Below are positions 57,880-61,081 of a DNA stretch of 61,081 bases, piece by piece. This DNA is from Minisyncoccota bacterium (GTDB lineage: Bacteria > Patescibacteriota > Minisyncoccia > Phycocordibacterales > UBA2100): contig JAYWCB010000009.1 of the NCBI GenBank assembly GCA_043780835.1, forward strand, positions 1 to 61,081. Reading direction: 5' to 3'. The position numbers and the translations under genes were made by a program. The notes beneath the pieces are model-generated. The model was not told the DNA's origin and did no database searches. It saw only the letters and a program-made list of their open reading frames with translations. Positions within the stretch are counted from its first letter, which is position 1. Every line of letters begins with the position of its first letter.

Positions 57880-60800
57880 ATGTTTCGAACACTCACCACA
57901 CTCGGGGCGGTGCTTATCATCGCCACGCTTGTGTATGGAGCCACGAATCTAAAGATCAACAGGAACGCTCTGTTCGCCGCTGCATTCTTAGGCACGACTG
58001 CCGGCACTCCTCAAAAATTCGTCGACTCGAGCGACAACGGCTACGGGTATGCGTATGCTCCGTCGATCATCAGTGCTGATGGTACGTGGCATATGTACTA
58101 CTGCAGTACGGGGGTGGGCGGCACGGGCGGTAGCTGGGATACTGTTCGCCATGCGACGTCGCAAGACCTCATGCATTGGTCGGCACCCGACAGCGTCGTC
58201 ATGACTTCCGATATGACCAACGAGCGGGCATCGTGCGATCCTTCAGTCGTATATTACGACGCCGGCGACGGTCCCTACTACTATCTCTTCTATTCTGGCA
58301 ATCAACTCAATACTCAGACGGTGAACTTCGTCGCGCGCTCGTCGAGTCCCACGGGGCCATTCGCCAAACTCACGACCAATAATACCTGGGTAGTAAATGC
58401 ACCCAATCCGAAAATAATCCTCTCACCGCTCCATGCCGTTCCCGACAGTGTGGGCTGGTATGGCCTCGGTCAACCGACGGTCGTCGCCAAAGACGGCAAA
58501 CTCTACCAGTGGTTCACCGATACGACGTCGCAATACTCCGGCTCACAGATCGACTTACTCTACTTGAGTGTCTCAAGTGATCCGAGCAGTTGGCCCACGC
58601 GCACCGTCACGAATTTCGTCGGCGATGGCGTGCCCGAATCTGTAGATATTAAATATGACGCGACGATCGGACAGTTCATCATGTTCGGGATCGGCAATCA
58701 GCACAGCGCAAGCGCATATGTGTTTACACGCACTTCGACCGATGGGATCACCTGGTCGGATGCGACTACTATTCTTTCGGCGGGAGTCTTGCCACCATGG
58801 TCGAACAATATCGGCGTTTCGGGAAGTCGCACCGGGGAATTGCTCCGTAATTCTATTGAAATCGCTTACGGCGCACCGTACGATCTCGTGAATAACATCA
58901 GTTGGGCGCAGTGGGACCTCTACGGCCAGGTTTTTTCGAACCCCGCCCCCACCGGCACTTTCGACGCGCCTGTAACCGATTGCCAAGCGGAGAACGGCTG
59001 GGCATATGATCAAAGCGACATGACACAAAATCTCCAGATCCATTTTTACGCGGACGGTCCCGCCGGTGCGGGGACATTCCTCGGGGCAGTCACCGCCAAT
59101 AGTTCGCGACCCGATCTTGGTGTCAGCGGCAACCACGGTTTCAGCTACGCGCTCCCGAGTTCTCTCAAAGACGGCCGCGCACATACACTCTATGGCTATG
59201 CGATCGACGTGCCGGGCGGCTCCAATAATCCTCTTATCGGCAACTCGCCAAAGACCATCCAATGCGCGCCACCCGCCCAAGCTTGTTCCTTCAACAACCA
59301 ATTAGTTGCAAGTGGTGCTTCCGTTACTGCGTATCAATCTTCGAGCGTCGCATATGGAAGTACGTGCGTGTCGCAAACACGCACCTGCACCAATGGAGTG
59401 CTCTCCGGAAGCAGTGCGTACCAATATTCGTCATGCTCAGAAGGTGCAAACCCCGCCCCCACCGGCACTTTCGACGCGCCTGTAACCGATTGCCAAGCGG
59501 AGAACGGCTGGGCATATGATCAAAGCGACATGACGCAAAATCTCCAGGTCCACTTTTATATAGATGGTCCCGCGGGCAGTGGGACATTCCTCGGGGCAGT
59601 CACCGCCAATAGCCCGCGCCCCGATCTCGGTGTCAGTGGCAACCACGGTTTCAGCTACACGCTTCCGAGTTCGCTTAAAGACGGCCGCACACACACTCTC
59701 TACGGCTATGCGATCGACGTGCCGGGCGGCTCCAATAATCCTCTTATCGGCAACTCGCCAAAGACGATCACGTGTGCGGCTTCCACTCCCACCGCCACCA
59801 TTACCGCCGACTCCGCTAGTATCCAAGTCGGTCAGTCCACTGTCATCCACGCGACATTTAACCCGGGCGCCGGCAACACGCTGACCAATTCCAACATCAA
59901 CACCGGTCCCACCACCCCGGCACAAGGACAAGACTGGAGCGCTCAACCAACGCGCACCTATACGTTTACACCTTCTAATATCGGCACCTATACGTTTTAC
60001 GCGGCGCTGCAAACAGACCGAACATCTCCAAACACGTATGCCCAGGTTGTGGTGACGGTAGGAGCTGCAGCATCATGTACGTTCAATGGTGCATCTGTCG
60101 CGAGCGACTCCACCGTCATCGCATACCAGTCGTCAACGGTGTCGTACGGAACGCAATGTGTGACACAAACGCGCACCTGTACAAATGGAGTACTGAGCGG
60201 TTCGTATGCCAATGCTTCGTGCACCGTTGCCGCGGCGCAATCATGCACACTCAACGGCACGACCGTCGCACACGGAGCATCGCGCACGTTCTACTCCGAC
60301 GCCGCTGTCGCGTTCGGAGTTTCCTGCGCCAACTATGCGCAAAGCCGCACATGTACCAACGGAATGCTCTCCGGGAACGCGACGTATCAATACTCTTCCT
60401 GCGCCGTCGGAGACGCGAACGCCTGTTCATTCAATAGTTTGCCAGTCGCGCACGGTGCTTCCGTGAGTGCGTATCAAGCACAGAGTGCTCCGTTCGGCAG
60501 TACCTGCGCATCGCAGCGTCGTGTGTGCAGCAACGGAGTATTGTCGGGAGCGTATCAGTATTCCTCCTGTTCAGTCGGCACAGCTGCGTCGTGCAGCTTC
60601 ATCGGTGCTGGAGTCGCAAACGGCGCGAGCGTGACCGCGTACCAGGCACCATCTGTCGCATACGGACAAAACTGCGTTTCGCAACAACGCCTCTGCACCG
60701 ACGGCACTTTCTCCGGCAGTTTTAGCAACGCATCCTGCACCGTTGACTCCGTGAGTCCACCAACGAGTGGTGGCGGCGGAGGTAGCATCTTCGACCCTCC

Positions 60801-61081
60801 ATCCGTTACGCCACCTACCGCTCCCATAACCACGGGAGCTTCGTCACCGCTCGACGTGCCGGATCAGTCATCGACCGGACAGTCCTGCGTATTGACCAGC
60901 AAAAATCTCGCAATTGGTTCTCGTGGTGCAGACGTTCTTTCCTTGCAGAAATTCTTCATCTCGCAAGGATTACTCACAACAGACAGCGCCAGTGGCTACT
61001 TTGGTCAGCTCACGATGGTGGCACTACAGACGTGGCAGAAGGCACATGGCGTTGTCACAGACGGTGCGCCGGCGACGACCG
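57880..61081 (+). CDS. Large secreted modular protein (more than 1067 aa; runs off the window): GH43/GH32-clan-like beta-propeller, duplicated Ig-like module, Cys-rich repeats, peptidoglycan-binding domain
   Basis: Hand translation open from ATG 57880 to the window end: hydrophobic N-terminus; YAPSII..WHMYYC..ATSQDLMHW..CDPSVV..YYLFYSG..GQPTVV; repeats; NLAIGSRGADVLSLQ..GYFG.LT..ALQ.WQ. Confidence 0.85.
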   Translation, partial: MFRTLTTLGAVLIIATLVYGATNLKINRNALFAAAFLGTTAGTPQKFVDSSDNGYGYAYAPSIISADGTWHMYYCSTGVGGTGGSWDTVRHATSQDLMHWSAPDSVVMTSDMTNERASCDPSVVYYDAGDGPYYYLFYSGNQLNTQTVNFVARSSSPTGPFAKLTTNNTWVVNAPNPKIILSPLHAVPDSVGWYGLGQPTVVAKDGKLYQWFTDTTSQYSGSQIDLLYLSVSSDPSSWPTRTVTNFVGDGVPESVDIKYDATIGQFIMFGIGNQHSASAYVFTRTSTDGITWSDATTILSAGVLPPWSNNIGVSGSRTGELLRNSIEIAYGAPYDLVNNISWAQWDLYGQVFSNPAPTGTFDAPVTDCQAENGWAYDQSDMTQNLQIHFYADGPAGAGTFLGAVTANSSRPDLGVSGNHGFSYALPSSLKDGRAHTLYGYAIDVPGGSNNPLIGNSPKTIQCAPPAQACSFNNQLVASGASVTAYQSSSVAYGSTCVSQTRTCTNGVLSGSSAYQYSSCSEGANPAPTGTFDAPVTDCQAENGWAYDQSDMTQNLQVHFYIDGPAGSGTFLGAVTANSPRPDLGVSGNHGFSYTLPSSLKDGRTHTLYGYAIDVPGGSNNPLIGNSPKTITCAASTPTATITADSASIQVGQSTVIHATFNPGAGNTLTNSNINTGPTTPAQGQDWSAQPTRTYTFTPSNIGTYTFYAALQTDRTSPNTYAQVVVTVGAAASCTFNGASVASDSTVIAYQSSTVSYGTQCVTQTRTCTNGVLSGSYANASCTVAAAQSCTLNGTTVAHGASRTFYSDAAVAFGVSCANYAQSRTCTNGMLSGNATYQYSSCAVGDANACSFNSLPVAHGASVSAYQAQSAPFGSTCASQRRVCSNGVLSGAYQYSSCSVGTAASCSFIGAGVANGASVTAYQAPSVAYGQNCVSQQRLCTDGTFSGSFSNASCTVDSVSPPTSGGGGGSIFDPPSVTPPTAPITTGASSPLDVPDQSSTGQSCVLTSKNLAIGSRGADVLSLQKFFISQGLLTTDSASGYFGQLTMVALQTWQKAHGVVTDGAPATT
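58939..59765 (+). repeat. Intragenic direct repeat, 2 x 317 bp, period 510 bp
   Basis: 58939-59255 vs 59449-59765; 26 mismatches by hand count (about 92% identity). Confidence 0.9.

Noticed and set aside
58939-59765. Diversity-generating retroelement TR/VR pair
   Set aside because: Mismatches are not adenine-specific (mostly C/T and G/A in both directions), both copies are in-frame coding, and no reverse transcriptase is present.
1437-60833. Numerous 60-240 aa ORFs antisense to or out of frame within identified genes (e.g. 1677-2363, 20748-21386, 58573-59301)
   Set aside because: Shadow ORFs expected at this GC content; no motifs and no RBS support.
1-61081. CRISPR array, rRNA, tmRNA, RNase P, SRP RNA, IS transposase
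   Set aside because: No regularly spaced repeats or diagnostic motifs were seen by eye; a covariance-model scan could still find divergent RNAs.

Overview
Chromosomal window from a reduced-genome bacterium, most likely Patescibacteria/Parcubacteria (inferred from gene content and order; genetic code 11). It is mostly housekeeping: pnp (partial), rpsO, rarA, a Xer-type recombinase, xth, cca, hup, rny, clpP, tig, ppa, nusA, tpiA, pgk, recJ, rnhA, sod, rpmB, rpsL, rpsG, ung and fusA. It also holds four tRNAs, a type IV pilus cluster, competence genes and two large surface proteins, with small insertions splitting several usually contiguous gene sets. Most notable: (1) both tRNA-Gly genes are followed by a homologous ~160-nt structured element whose flanking arms match the 3' half of their own tRNA, once antisense and once as a direct copy, and change in step with it; (2) two near-identical 35-bp triple-DnaA-box cassettes lie inverted 3.6 kb apart beside parS-like sites, with no dnaA in the window, suggesting a bipartite origin; (3) an orphan receiver-like gene precedes a methyltransferase-SLOG fusion; (4) comEC is frameshifted at a (GC)5 tract and a homoserine dehydrogenase is frameshifted near its start; (5) a lone fabA lies inside the split rpsG-fusA interval. 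No CRISPR array, rRNA, transposase or prophage was seen. All family assignments are by motif recognition, without database searches.
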